In this document: positions 47,231 through 59,759 of the stretch, one piece after another
Numbering within the stretch: the first letter of the stretch is position 1
Layout: the number at the start of each line of letters is the position of its first letter
NCBI GenBank assembly: GCA_964016885.1
Contig: OZ024741.1
Span: 148,180,001 to 148,244,000, forward strand
Reading direction: 5' to 3'
Length of the DNA stretch: 64,000 nt
Origin: Eledone cirrhosa
Taxonomy: Eukaryota
Program-made: the position numbers and the translations under genes
The notes under the pieces: generated by a model
Seen by the model: only the letters and a program-made list of their open reading frames with translations
What the model was told of the DNA's origin: nothing
Databases searched by the model: none

Positions 47231-48414
47231 TCTATATATTAATTTCAGCAATGTCAGTATTCCGTGTGTCATAATTCTCGATTATCATTGGTTCATAGGT
47301 TTTACGCGACACCGCCCACCTCAACGACGCCAAACTTAAATTAATATGTATAATGCCAATGAGGGAGTGAGAGGGGAGAGTAAGAAACAAAGAGGCAAAG
47401 TGAACGCTGTGTTGGATACACTATGTATATGTGTCAGTGTAGAGACGTGTGTGTATGATATTTTTGGAAATAAGAGGGGAAGGAAAGTAATAACTATTAA
47501 CACGTGTGCGTGTGTATGTACGTGCGCGTATGTTTATGTGTGTGTGCGTGCGTGCAGCGTTCCACAGAAAGTAAAAACTATCAACATGTCTGAGTATGTG
47601 CGTGTGTGTAAGTGCACGGGTGCGTGTGTAAGTTTGCGTGCGTGTGCGCGTTTCCATGCGTGTATGTGTGTGTACGTGCGGCGTTCCACAATCGCCACGC
47701 TGTTTATCTGTATGTGTGCCTGTCTGTCAGTCTAACATACACAGAGTTGTGAAGGGAGTAAATAGGGACCTTTTTTGTGTCATATTTTGACAATTGCTCG
47801 AAATGAATACTGATAATAAAAGCAATTCGACTTTATCAAACAGTGAACTACAGCGGCGACGGCGTGCAGCCAGGAATGAAGAAAAATGGGCCGAACAGCG
47901 CCATCGGAACGCCGAACTTCAGAGGCGAAGACGTGCCGCCATGAATGAAGAGGAGCTGGCGGAACAACGCCAACGAAACACTGGAGCCAATCAGCGACGG
48001 CGTGCTGCGATGGTTGAAGACAAACTGGCTGAGCATCATCTTTTATATTAATTATCTATATCTATATCTACATATAATATAAAAGATTGAAACTTCCATC
48101 ATCCTTTTGAAAAACGTGGAACAACCACGTCTATGCAATGATACACGTTTTACAGTCAGGCAGAAGATGAACCATCTCCTAGAGGTCACTATTCTAGGTG
48201 AGAGCATCGAGAATTGTTCATATACTATGCACACACGGTACAACGAAGAATCTGGTATATCTGGAAGATTATTTTTACTGTTTTTTTGTATCACACAGAC
48301 ACCACGGACTCGCCTCATACTGTAACCAGACAAACATCCAATACAGTCATTTTCTCTTTTACCTGTCTTCTCTTATCATCTGTTTACCCGGGCGAAGCTG
48401 GGTACGTCAGCTAA
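47231..48414 (+). mobile_element. Non-autonomous Helitron, copy 2, head-to-tail with copy 1
   Basis: CTAG|TC junction; R/E-rich repeats QRRRRAA; helicase remnant LKNVEQPRLCNDTRFTV; ends hairpin plus CTAA. Confidence 0.85.
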
Positions 48415-48505
48415 TCATATTCTATTTTTTTTTTATTCATTGAAGTGAAGTAAATTTTATATTTAAACGAAACTACTTATTTTGTTGTGTTATTTTATCT
48501 CCGAG

Positions 48506-48697
48506 AACGGTGGATTGGCAGTATCGGTAGAGGATCGGACGCCATGCTTTGACGCATAGAGTTACGGTCCTTGCCATTCTGAGTTCAAATACCGCCGTGT
48601 TAACTTTGCATTTCATCCTTACGGGGTCGATAAAATAAAGTACCAGTAATGCACTGGGTAATTGCTGGCCTTGTGCCAAAAGTAGAAACAGTTATTT
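48506..48697 (+). mobile_element. tRNA-derived SINE (second family)
   Basis: Reverse complement of the 34790-34978 element. Confidence 0.8.
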
Positions 48698-50679
48698 TAT
48701 CTCTAACAACACTTACTAACTTTGCATCTTCAGCATAACGAAAAAAGAACAAAAAACATCTTCAACCTTTATTATTTGTAGTAATCATATTCTTTTTTCC
48801 TTTATTCACTGAAGTGAAATAAATTTTATATTTAAACATTATACTTTAAATTTAATTACAATAATCAAATTGAATGGCAACGGTAAATGGACTGACTGAA
48901 TAGAATATGCTTCGATGCTGAGATTTAATAAAACTGAAATATCCCCATGGCTAATGAATATAACCTACTTCAACCTGTATTGTCTATACCCAAAAAATTG
49001 ATAAAATGATTTTATTGGAATCATCTATATAACTGATTCTGAGAACTTATGACAATATATATAAACATAAAAGATAGCCTATAAGTTCTCTTTATAACAA
49101 ATTTAGCGGGAACTGATTGTAAAAGTAAATTTAAATCATCTGACTATTCTGCTTTCGATAACATCCCCTGGAAAACTGGAAGCCGGTACAAATATGTAGC
49201 AAAACTTCAACATATTTTTCCCACGATGTTTCTCTTGGTCTGCTACATACGATCACCAAAATACTTACCTACGACCCCTGAGCCACAAATTTAGATAATG
49301 TTCTCTTGTAGGAAGCTCGAGGTGCCAGAGTGTCAGAAAAGGGGACAGTTGAAAAGACCACCTGTTTAATGTTTCTGGGCAACCTAATTCTTATATATAC
49401 CAAAAATGTTTGACCTCCAAATATCGTCTGCTTTTCGACTCTACAACAGCTTGTTTGGTCAGTCCCACAATGTAGCAAAACGCACACAAATACACATACT
49501 CGCTAACCAGCCCTGCTGGGATCGATACTAGTTGAACTTGCTACCACCACAGGTTAGTGAATTTTTAACTTTAGAATTCTACATTCACACACATAACACA
49601 CTGCGACTATACATGCATCCTTTTCCGTTATTTATTGGTGCACATGATTTCGAAGTAAATCACATTACAAATAAAAACATTAAAATTAACTGTGTTAATT
49701 CTTACCCATGTAATTTGCGAAAATCCTCTTCCTCACTGTAATATCACTTCACATCACAACAAGCAAGTACAACTACTTGTTTCCTCAAGAATGGCAAAAC
49801 TCTTGACTCACTGAGACACACTTCACTCCCTAGCCATTACTCGACCAACAAGCTACTCATCACTACCACTACAAATGAATAAATCCATCAGGCAATTAAT
49901 CCACCACCAAATAAACTTTTATCAACACCCTGCTAAAACTTTCAATGTACTAAATTTTTAAAAAAACAACCAACAAAAAGCTAGTGAACCAGTGCCGTCA
50001 ACAATGATGGTAATACGTTTGAATGTATTTAATTATTTTAAGTTCAGGATTGGTATGCCGTATACAGTAGGATTACTGGTTATATGAATGATCATACAAA
50101 CTAGGAAGTTTACGTTTTAATAAATTTATGGTTTGCATAAAACAACCCCTATAGTTTATGTTGATTACTGACACGTGGCATTGATTAAAGATAACAATTA
50201 TAATTTAATCATTTATTTCTAGGATATAATTATATAAAAGTTCAGCATGTACATACAAATGACATAGATTAAATGTATGAATAACTTTGAAGAAATAATT
50301 ATTTACAAGAGCAAGTGTTTGGTTAGAACCTTAGACCTAGTGAGTGGAATGTAACTTATAACTAAGATAGGAAATGCATTTGTGTGTGTAAATGTTAAAG
50401 AGTTACAAGCGGATATATGTATATATATGTACAAACACACGTGCATATATGCAGCGAAATCTGTCCACGCCTTGAACCTTGGGTGATACCTAAAGGTCAA
50501 ACTCTAGGTCACCACCATTTTGGTGTGAACAGGTTCATGCGCGGGCTATCCCCTCGAGGTGGGAGACAGAAAGCGAGAGGTATATAAAGCATGTATATTC
50601 CCCGGGTTTATACAGGGAGATCGGAGCATTACGCTAGCAACGAGCTATGTAAAGATTCACCGCTACCTTCAGGCCACAG

Positions 50680-50749
<70 letters not shown>

Positions 50750-51439
50750 AGCAGAACATGTAAATAGAATCCTTGCACCAAAATTATATGTGCTAACATG
50801 TTAGTTGCTGCTTTTGTTGTCGTTTAGTCGCAGACCAGTCTTGATCGAACAGACTTATGATCATTCAAGCTATGAATATTCAGTCTTTTATTTATATTTT
50901 CCCCCAGTGATAGTGTATCCGGGCTACATTGACTAATATATCATTTTTAAAGATAGGTGTGAAAAGATGTGAATAGAAGAGGGTTTGGTTACTATTTCTA
51001 GTAACCCGAACGACCACGCAGAGGCTTCCTCGTTGGTGAGACAGATGATATAATGAGAGACCTGACCTATATTTTTAATAGCTAAATTTTATAAAACATT
51101 AACTCTCTTATGTCATGACATAAACACTATTTTTTATATAGTATTTTTTTAAACGATGAATGTTTTCATTAATATATAATTTGGGCACAAGGCCAGCAAA
51201 GTTGATTAAACCAACCCAATACTTGACTGGTACTTTATTTTAACAACCCTGGAAGGATGAAAGGCAAAGTTGACCTTGGCGAGATTCAAACACAGAATGT
51301 AAAGAGCCAGAACAAATACCACAACGACTATTGTATTTATATTTAAGCTATCTATTTAGCAAACATACTACACTATATCTAAAATACACAAGAAGATAGA
51401 ATTACAATCAAATTGAATTTCCTAAATGAAAATAATCTT

Positions 51440-54400
51440 TCCTTCGCTGGTCTCAGAAAAGTAGTGACTGGTTCGAATAAGACCACCAAAAACACTGCAA
51501 TCAGGTTAGAAGCAATAAAAATGATATTACCGCATTGTCCTTCGAGCATGCTTGAAGCTCGTTGAGGAAAAAATGACGAACACGATAAATACCTTAGGTA
51601 GAGGGACCTGTTCGAAAAATATATTGTAGTTTCCATCTCATGCTGCAAACATTGGCGAGGAGTCTACGACCTGTTCTGGGAGGAAAGGGGTGGACACACA
51701 AAGGTTGCTTATCCCAAGACCCAAAAGAGGGATTGGAATGGAGCAAACAATAATCATTGAAACCTGGAACATCAGAACCCTTACAAGTAAGGAGCAAGAA
51801 CTAGTGGAAGAGACGAGATGTTACCTGCTAGATATAGCTGGGATTTTCTCAACAAATTGCCTTGGCTCTGGCACTGTAAATTTCGATGGAGAATGGAAAC
51901 TCCACAATTCAGGTGTGGCACTAGAAATTACTGCTCATGCGGGAGTGGGGGATACTTACAAGCCCTCGGCTGTCAGAATGTGTTATGGACTGGATTGGGA
52001 GAGAGGATTTGCTTATTGAAGCTTAGGTTGAAAGATATGTCTGTGGTTGGTGCAAGTGTATGCGTCAAACGGAGAGTCCAAATACAGATCCTTTAATGAA
52101 GTCATTGCAGTGTTAGATGTAGAAAAGATTGAGTCATATATTCTAATGGGAGACTGTAATGTTCATGTTGGCACTGACTACCTGACGTGAAATGGAGGGA
52201 TTGAAAGGAACGGTAGTCTCGATATAAAAACGAATGAGAGACATTATTATACTTCGGTTCTAGTAATGGGCTCTCTATTATGAACACCTTCCAGCACAAT
52301 GACATTTATAAATATACATGGTATAAGAGGAATCAGGGACAGAGATCAATAATTGATTTTGATCTCTTCGATTCTGTGCTGGATGTTCGTATTAAGAGAT
52401 GGGCTGAGGTGTCAACTGATCACTATCTTGTTATCTACACCTTGACACTACCCAAAGCCAAGGAAGCCCACAAAACTGGCTGGTCCAGGTCGACTTCAAA
52501 ATAAAGTGGGAAGCACTGGCGAATGAGGACGTTAGGACTAGGTATGCAGATACTATTCCATCCAAATTCAGGGAAATCCCTGAGTAAACAGAGTGCGTTG
52601 AAACGGAATGGAAACTGTTTAAATCGGCAGTTTGGGGTTTCAGGTGTTAAATGCTGCGAGCGAAAGCGGCTTGGTGTGGCAGGAGGTCCCGTTTGTTCAA
52701 GAATTCAAAGATGCCATCCAAGCAAAGAAGGAGACCTACAAAGCTTGGCTTGGAAATAAGTCCTTCTCACACATACGGTACAAGCAGGTGTGAAAAGTTA
52801 CAGCAGAGACAGTAAAGGCGTCCAAAGTAAAGACATGGGAGGACTTTGGGATTAAGCTGGAATCCAACTTCAGAACAGAAAAAAAGTGTTCTGGCAGACC
52901 ATCCACCGACTTCGTAATCAGAAGTCCTCCTCAACACGTGTTATCAGGAACACACCTAGGGTTCTCCTCTCTCCAAAGGGGTGCATCCTCGCGAGGTGGA
53001 GAGAATACTTTGCTGATCTCCTAAACCCGGTAACAACAGCATCTTCTGATGTACACGAAGTGCATCTGGGAGCGATGACTAATCCCTCGGAGGCTGAGGC
53101 CACAAGAACAATTAAAGAGCTCAAGTCCGCTGGGGAGGATGAAATTTAGCCCGAGATGTTAAATCCTTAAATAGAGAAGGTATTCTCTGGCTGACTTGTG
53201 AGTGCCGGGTGGCCTGGATCTCTGGAATGGCACTTAAGCAATGGCAATCGGGAGTGATAATCCCATTTTTCAAAAAGGGAGAGAAAAAGATTTCTCCAAT
53301 TAACGAGGGATCTCCTTGTTAGGACCTCCGGTAAAGCCTATGCTAAGTGCCTGACAAAGAGAGAGATGTGGGGAGATTGTCGAGTCAAAGCTAGCTGATA
53401 AACAGTGTGGTTTTCGCCCCAGACACAGCATAGCCAACCAAATATTTACACTGCAGCAGGTCTTCGAGAAACGGTGGGAGTACTACCAAGAAGTGTATTC
53501 TTGCTTCATAGACCTTGAACAGGCATACGACCGCGTTCCACAGGACCTGTTATGGAATGTTCTGCAGGAGTATGGGATTGATGGCTAGCTTCTTGTTGCC
53601 CTGATATCTCTATACGAATGCCCTAGTATTTCTGTTTGGATAAATGGAACTAAATCGAAATCATTCAATGTGGGAGACGGACTCCGCAAAAGGTTCGTAC
53701 TGTCATCTCTTCAGTTCATAATCTTCATGAACAGGATTGACATACGCAGCCGGGCTGAGAGTGGTATCACGACTGGCGGGTGTATGATCAGTCGGCTGGA
53801 TTTTGCAGACGACGTGGTATTACTTAACTCAATCAGAAGGTGATCTCTGACATGCACTTGATAGGTTTGATGCTGAGTGCTGTACCTACTACCAAATTTT
53901 TATTTATATATTTTAGATCAAAGCAATGTCAGCTCCGACTGAATTTTGAACTTAGAACGAAAAACTAAATACTGTAAAATTTTTATTCTTCAGTGCTATC
54001 ATTTCTACATCGGCGTTTCCTTGAGGCTTGGATCTGCGAGCCACATAAATGTCGCTGTGGATCCACAGTGGACTCTTTCGGACTCCACCCGCTTTCCTGT
54101 CGCCACAGTGTCGGCCGCCTTCCACGCCATGCTGCCTTCAACGAGGTCATTAAGCATGGCTTGGACGCTGCAGGCTTCCCCTCCCAGCTCGAGCCGGTGG
54201 GGATGGACCGAGGGGATGACAAAAGGCCAGACGGTGTGACCATCTTCCCGTTGCACGGTGGCAAACCCCTCGTCTGGGATGCCACTTACAGCGACACTTT
54301 CTCCAGCCGCAATCTGGTGCAGTCTGCGACTAACCCTGGTACTGCTACACGTCGGGCTGAGGAGGCCAAACTCTCCAAGTACCGGTCGCTCTCCGACAGG

Positions 54401-55550
54401 TTCGCCGTCGTGCCATTGGCAGTGGAGGTTTCTGGTGTCCTTGGCCCTAGGGCTACCTCCCCATTCACCTCCATAGGCGCTGAGCTAGCCAGTCGCAGGT
54501 GTGAGCCTTGCGAGTTGGAATGGCTCTTCTAGCGCATCTCCCTTACCATCCTTCGAGGAAACGCCTTCTCCATCCTGTCCACCGGGGCTGTGGGGAGGCC
54601 AGCACGTGGGACCCGATTTGCTCACCATACGGATTAATAGGCAAAGTTATAAACTATTGTAAATAAATAATTATTATTATATATTTTTTTTTTTTAAATA
54701 TCCAATGCACTGAATATGACTATAGTATTTGGAATTCTGAATAAATGTCATTTCTAAGTGAGACTTTGTCACTTCAATGTGAGATTAATGATTTTAAAAT
54801 GGGATTTTACGTAAAAGTAAATTATCTTAGACATACACTTAATAGGTTTGATGCTGATTGCTGAACGGCTGGAATGAAAATCAGTGCTGCGAAGACTGAA
54901 ACACTTGTCCTCTCAAGGAATCCTGCGCAGTGCACTTTACATGCGATATGAGTTCTACTGAAGTAGGTGGAGAAGTTCAAGTATCTCGGGGGCATGTTCA
55001 CTGCGATGGAAGGCAAGAGACTGAATTAAGTGCAACAATTACTGGAGCTTGTGCAGTAATGTACCAGCTTCGGCATTCAGTTATCAGAAGAAGGCAGGTC
55101 GGCGTAAAAGCCAAATTCGCAATATTCAATTCGTTATTCGTGCCAACCCTTACCTATGGTCATGCATCTTGGGTAATGACCGAAAGAATATGATCCCGAA
55201 TACAAGCAGCCGAAATGGAGTTACTCCGGAGGGTTATGGAGTAACGTTACTCGATAGAGTGCGTAGATCGGAGATCAGAGAGCCGCTACTTCTCCGATTT
55301 GAGAGATCACAGTTACGATACTACGGGCATGTAATTAGAATGTTTCAGGAAAGAATCGCTGGAAAGATTTTACGAGCAAAATCAACTGGCAGGAGACCAG
55401 AGCAAGATAACATCAATGAGCTCGGCTGATCTCGTTTGGGGATCCAGCCGGATCATTTGTAAATGGTTGCTTCTAACAAGACCCACTGGAAGGCCTGCTT
55501 GAGGACTCTTCCCTCACGACCCTCTCAGGAATCATTGGGCGAAGAAAATA
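51440..55550 (+). mobile_element. Decayed near-full-length RTE-like LINE (APE + RT)
   Basis: TWNIRTL, MGDCN, RSIIDF, STDHYLV, FIDLEQAYD, FADD, FVPTLTYGHASW, QLRYYGHV; many stops and frameshifts; interrupted at 53883-54829. Confidence 0.85.
53883..54829 (+). mobile_element. CRE-like LINE 3' fragment (zinc finger + RLE) with long target duplication
   Basis: CRCG..GLHPLSC, RH, KRPDG, VWDAT, KLSKY, PLAVE; flanked by a ~34-bp direct repeat of host LINE sequence (53849-53882 and 54830-54863). Confidence 0.8.
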
Positions 55551-55788
55551 AAATCTCAAATTATTGTCGATTAATTAACATTTTCTTTATTTCTCATGAG
55601 ATTGTCTTGTCTTAGAATATAACATTTTTAGCAAAAATCGGTTTAAATTTATAGCGAAGATACTGGGTTGTATGAATGTAACAAAACGAGACATGGTTTG
55701 TGTGTAGAATATTTAATTAACAATGGTAGATAGTATAGTTGACATGGCAAAGAAATAGATGAAAGAATGAAACAAAGTTAGTCGTTAC

Positions 55789-55930
55789 CGTTTTGATTGC
55801 CAGGCAAACGCGGCTGGCAGAAGACGCCTGGCGAAAGCCAGGCGCCGGAAGGGCAATGAGAGGCAGAGAGCCGAGAGCTATTCGTTTTATAGGGCTCTGC
55901 CGGAAGTTACAGAAAGGGTTCTACTTCCCG
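55789..55930 (-). promoter_or_regulatory. Candidate core promoter and short non-coding first exon
   Basis: TATAAAA on minus (55891-55885), Inr-like TCATTG ~34 nt downstream, ETS-type CCGGAAG(T) at ~55845 and 55900, local CpG enrichment, donor CG|gtaac at 55788. The link to CCDC142 is inference. Confidence 0.5.
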
Positions 55931-56564
55931 TCTAGATGTTAATCCAAACAAGGGAGACAACCGCTACAAATTATTTAATCCAATTTAGCAATAAGATAAT
56001 ATTATGTCGTTTTGACATAATAGGAATAAGAGGATTAATGTTATTTGTGATAGTAGCATACGAGGATTTGAAGTATCAAGTAATGTAATGGTTTTGTTAT
56101 ATGTGAGGCAATGTTAGCCGAAAGTGAATGTTGTTTGTAGTAAAGATGGATGTAACTTAGAAGTTGAAGTTCGGTTGTAAGTTTTGTAGCCACGAAAGAA
56201 GTATAAAGCTGTTGTAATGATAAGAACCTTGGGAAAAGGATTTTTTCCCATATCACGTCCGTTGGCGGACGTGGTAAAAGCACCATTAGACTTATGACTT
56301 TTTACATGTTTTATTTACAAACCGATTACAAAAATTGAGCTGGCATGCCAAATAAAAAGGAACAAACAAATCAAATGTTATAAACAAAGAAAGGCACGGT
56401 CGCTGGCAGAAATGTGGCCGGCCAGGCCGAAGTTGAATTTTACCGTTACATGTTGGCGAATTGTTGTCAAGGCAGCAAGTGGGTAGAGTGAAACAAAAGA
56501 AGCGGGAAAATCTTTGAGTTTGGCCGAAATTGATAATATCCATGCGCGACTTACGATTGGTCTA

Positions 56565-57060
56565 CAGCAAAGGTTCTCAACCCATTTCGGCCAAATGCCC
56601 CCTTTTGCCCCTCAAAATCACGAAACGCCCCCTACCCTATTTTTCCATTTTTCAATATACTACTGATTTTAATATCAGTAGATTACTGGGCCAAATCAAG
56701 TTATGTTAGAATCTTTAAAAAGATCTTTAAAAAATACTCCTACGAATTAAATACAAAAAAAGTTTCAGTCCAAAACAAAAGCAAACTATTTCAAATTATA
56801 TATTTAAAAAAAAAAGACGTGAATGTTCTCAAAGATTTTTTTTTAAATTCTATATGTTAGGTATTGTAATATTTTGAGTGGATAGACAATTCTACAATTC
56901 AAACTGTAAAGTCAAAATACAAGAGATGCAAAATATGAAGAAATTCTTATCATTCTCTTGAATCACAAACTCAAGGGAAAAATAGTACCTTGCAAAATAA
57001 AGTGCCTCGATCACAAACTAAGTTGCAACGAATGAATTGAGATGCTTGGTGACAGTGAAC
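56565..57060. mobile_element. Possible hAT/Charlie remnant
   Basis: Terminal-like CAAAGGTTCTCAACC; no partner end found. Confidence 0.3.
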
Positions 57061-57079
57061 AAACAATATCTGTATCCCT

Positions 57080-57088
57080 TATATATAT

Positions 57089-57154
<66 letters not shown>

Positions 57155-57208
57155 ATATATATAATATATATATATATATAATATATATATATATATAATA
57201 TATATAAT

Positions 57209-57271
<63 letters not shown>
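57080..57271. repeat. (TA)n microsatellite
   Basis: Directly visible. Confidence 0.97.
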
Positions 57272-57275
<4 letters not shown>

Positions 57276-57369
57276 ACAGGGGGGAAGAAAAAAATGGCTT
57301 CACTTGTGCTTTCAACAAATTTATTTTCTTCACAAAATCCAAAAAGAAATTTTTTCCGGATTAAAAAAA

Positions 57370-58123
57370 ATTTTTTTTTTTTAATTTTTTATAAATTGAG
57401 TCGTTGGTTGTTTGTTAGGTCTTAGGAGTTCTTGGTTAACGTAGGAGGTATTGTTTCGTTTTTAGAAAGACCTTTCACGCTGAGGTGCGCTTGTCAAACT
57501 GATGTGTATGTGTTGTTCTATATATAGGGATTTAACATGTTTGTGGTGCGGTGGGGGGTTTTTTCTCCCCCTTTAATAAGTGTAGGGGTGTAGGTGTGTT
57601 GAAAAAATGTTATTAGCAGTAATGAGTTGAGACAGTGAGTAGGGTTGGGTGGGGAGAAATGTAGCAAGCGCGGCCTGCCCCGGTCATTCTCGAAAAATTC
57701 CTTTATTCAGGGGAAAAAGCTTTTAGTATTCCTTTGTATCGAAAATGGTCATAGGCAAACCGCACCTGCCAAGCTTGTAAACAATTATTTTTTTCTGAAG
57801 AATTTTTCTACGTCCATCCCAAAATTAGTCCTTTGTTCAACACACACATATGTGCGTATATACGTACATACACACACGGGCATATGTAGGAATATATAGG
57901 CACACACCATCAATCACACACCCATGTACATATACATCCACATACATACATAAAAACATATAAAGACACATATAAAAACACATATACACATACGTACACA
58001 CACGAATATGTACTCATACCTCCACATGGGTATATATATATATATATATACATACATATATATACACACACACACACACATATATATATAGAGAGAGAGA
58101 GAGAGGCATACACACACACACAC

Positions 58124-58169
<46 letters not shown>

Positions 58170-58221
58170 AACACATACATACACATACACACATATACAC
58201 ATATATACACACATATATATT

Positions 58222-58263
<42 letters not shown>

Positions 58264-58302
58264 CAAACACATACATACACACACACATACATACACATAC
58301 AT

Positions 58303-58347
<45 letters not shown>

Positions 58348-59702
58348 CATATATTCATGTGTACACATAAGAAGAGGGGGGGGGGTTAGTGAAATGGAAT
58401 TTTACCTCCGAGTGTTAATTCATTTTTTCGTGTTCAGTAGTGGTTTAAATTTTTCAATGAAGAATTCTTCTTTATATCTGCGGAAATGTTCGTTATCCGA
58501 CCATATCTTGAAGAAAGGGAAGATTGTGAATTTTCCCTTCCCGCATGATGCAAAGTGTGCGCTACATGTGGTATTTCTGACTGTGGGGTCTTTAATTTGT
58601 TGTTTATGTACCCGGACTCTATCATGTAGTCCCGTTCCAGTTTCCCCAATGTAATACTCTTTACACTGTGGACATGTTGCGCAATATATTAGGTTTTTCG
58701 TTTTGAAGTTCATGTTTGCATTGACCTTGAAATTATCATGGTTTTTGAAGGACAACTGTTTGCCCTCTTCGATGAGTTCATAGGTTCCACATCTAGGGTC
58801 CCCGCATTTCGTCACTTGCATTGATTCCATGTTGGTCGTAAATTTTGCCTTGGTAATTAGTTTTTTAAGGTTGGGTGCTTGGCGTCTGCTATAAATTATC
58901 TGTGTGTTTTTTAAGAGTGCATTCATTTTGGTAGATTGCTGTAGAATCGGGAGATACTGCTTAGCAGTTTTCACAATGTTGACGTTCCCTGGGTTGTGAG
59001 TGATGACAAAAGAGATAGCAGGGTTTTCTTTTTTATGTTGTGGGTTTGGTTTTCTCAGTGTTGTTATTGGGATGTTCTTAGCCTTGGAGATGGCTGCGTT
59101 GATGAGTTTCATCGGGTATTCTTGTTTTTTAAGGAATTTTTTCAGGTCACATAATCTTTTTTCTTGTAGTACGGGGTGTGTTGCTATAGTGCAGATGCGC
59201 CTTGCCATGTTGAAGGGAATGTTCCTTTTCGTATGTGAGGGGTGTGCTGACCGGAAATTTAAGTATTGGTGTGTGTCAGTGGGTTTGCAAAATAGGTCCG
59301 TTATGATATTTTCCCCTTCTTTAATGATGAGGATATCTAGAAAGGGCAGTTCCTTTTCGTTACATTCCATAGTGAATTGTATAGCTTCATGAAGCCTGTT
59401 TAAGATCGAATAAAATTTTTGTAGGTCTGTTTGGCTTCTGTTCCAGAAGATGAAGCAGTCATCTAGGTAACGTTTCCAGTTTTTATTAATGTAGAAGGCG
59501 AAGTCGTGACTGAATGTTATCTGTAGTTGGGAATATAATTTTGCCTCTAAGTGACCCATAACGAGCGTTGCATATGTAGGGGCCACTTTGGTACCCATGG
59601 CTGTTCCTTTTATTCCGGAAAAAAATTCTTTTTGGATTTTGTGAAGAAAATAAATTTGTTGAAAGCACAAGTGAAGCCATTTTTTTCTTCCCCCCTGTCT
59701 TA
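57370..59702 (-). mobile_element. Penelope-like (Neptune-type) element, 5'-truncated
   Basis: ORF 58420-59670: GTAMGTKVAPTYA, RYLDD, LPFLD, KPTDTHQYL, NLIYCATCPQCKEYYIGET (GIY-YIG); compound microsatellite in the 3' region. Confidence 0.88.
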
Positions 59703-59759
59703 ATATACCTAACTGTACTAAGGATTACACACATTTTCCAATATATATATAGTAAAAAA

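Noticed and set aside
55810-55860. HDV-like ribozyme suggested by GGCGCCGGAAGGGCAA
   Set aside because: No upstream P1 partner or nested pseudoknot could be formed.
57465-57500. Hammerhead in the 3' region of the 57370-59702 element (TTGACAA-GCGC..GCGT-GAAA on minus)
   Set aside because: The core is too degenerate to call, although the position is plausible.
57079-58368. YI- and CV-rich ORFs
   Set aside because: Translations of (TA)n/(CA)n microsatellites.
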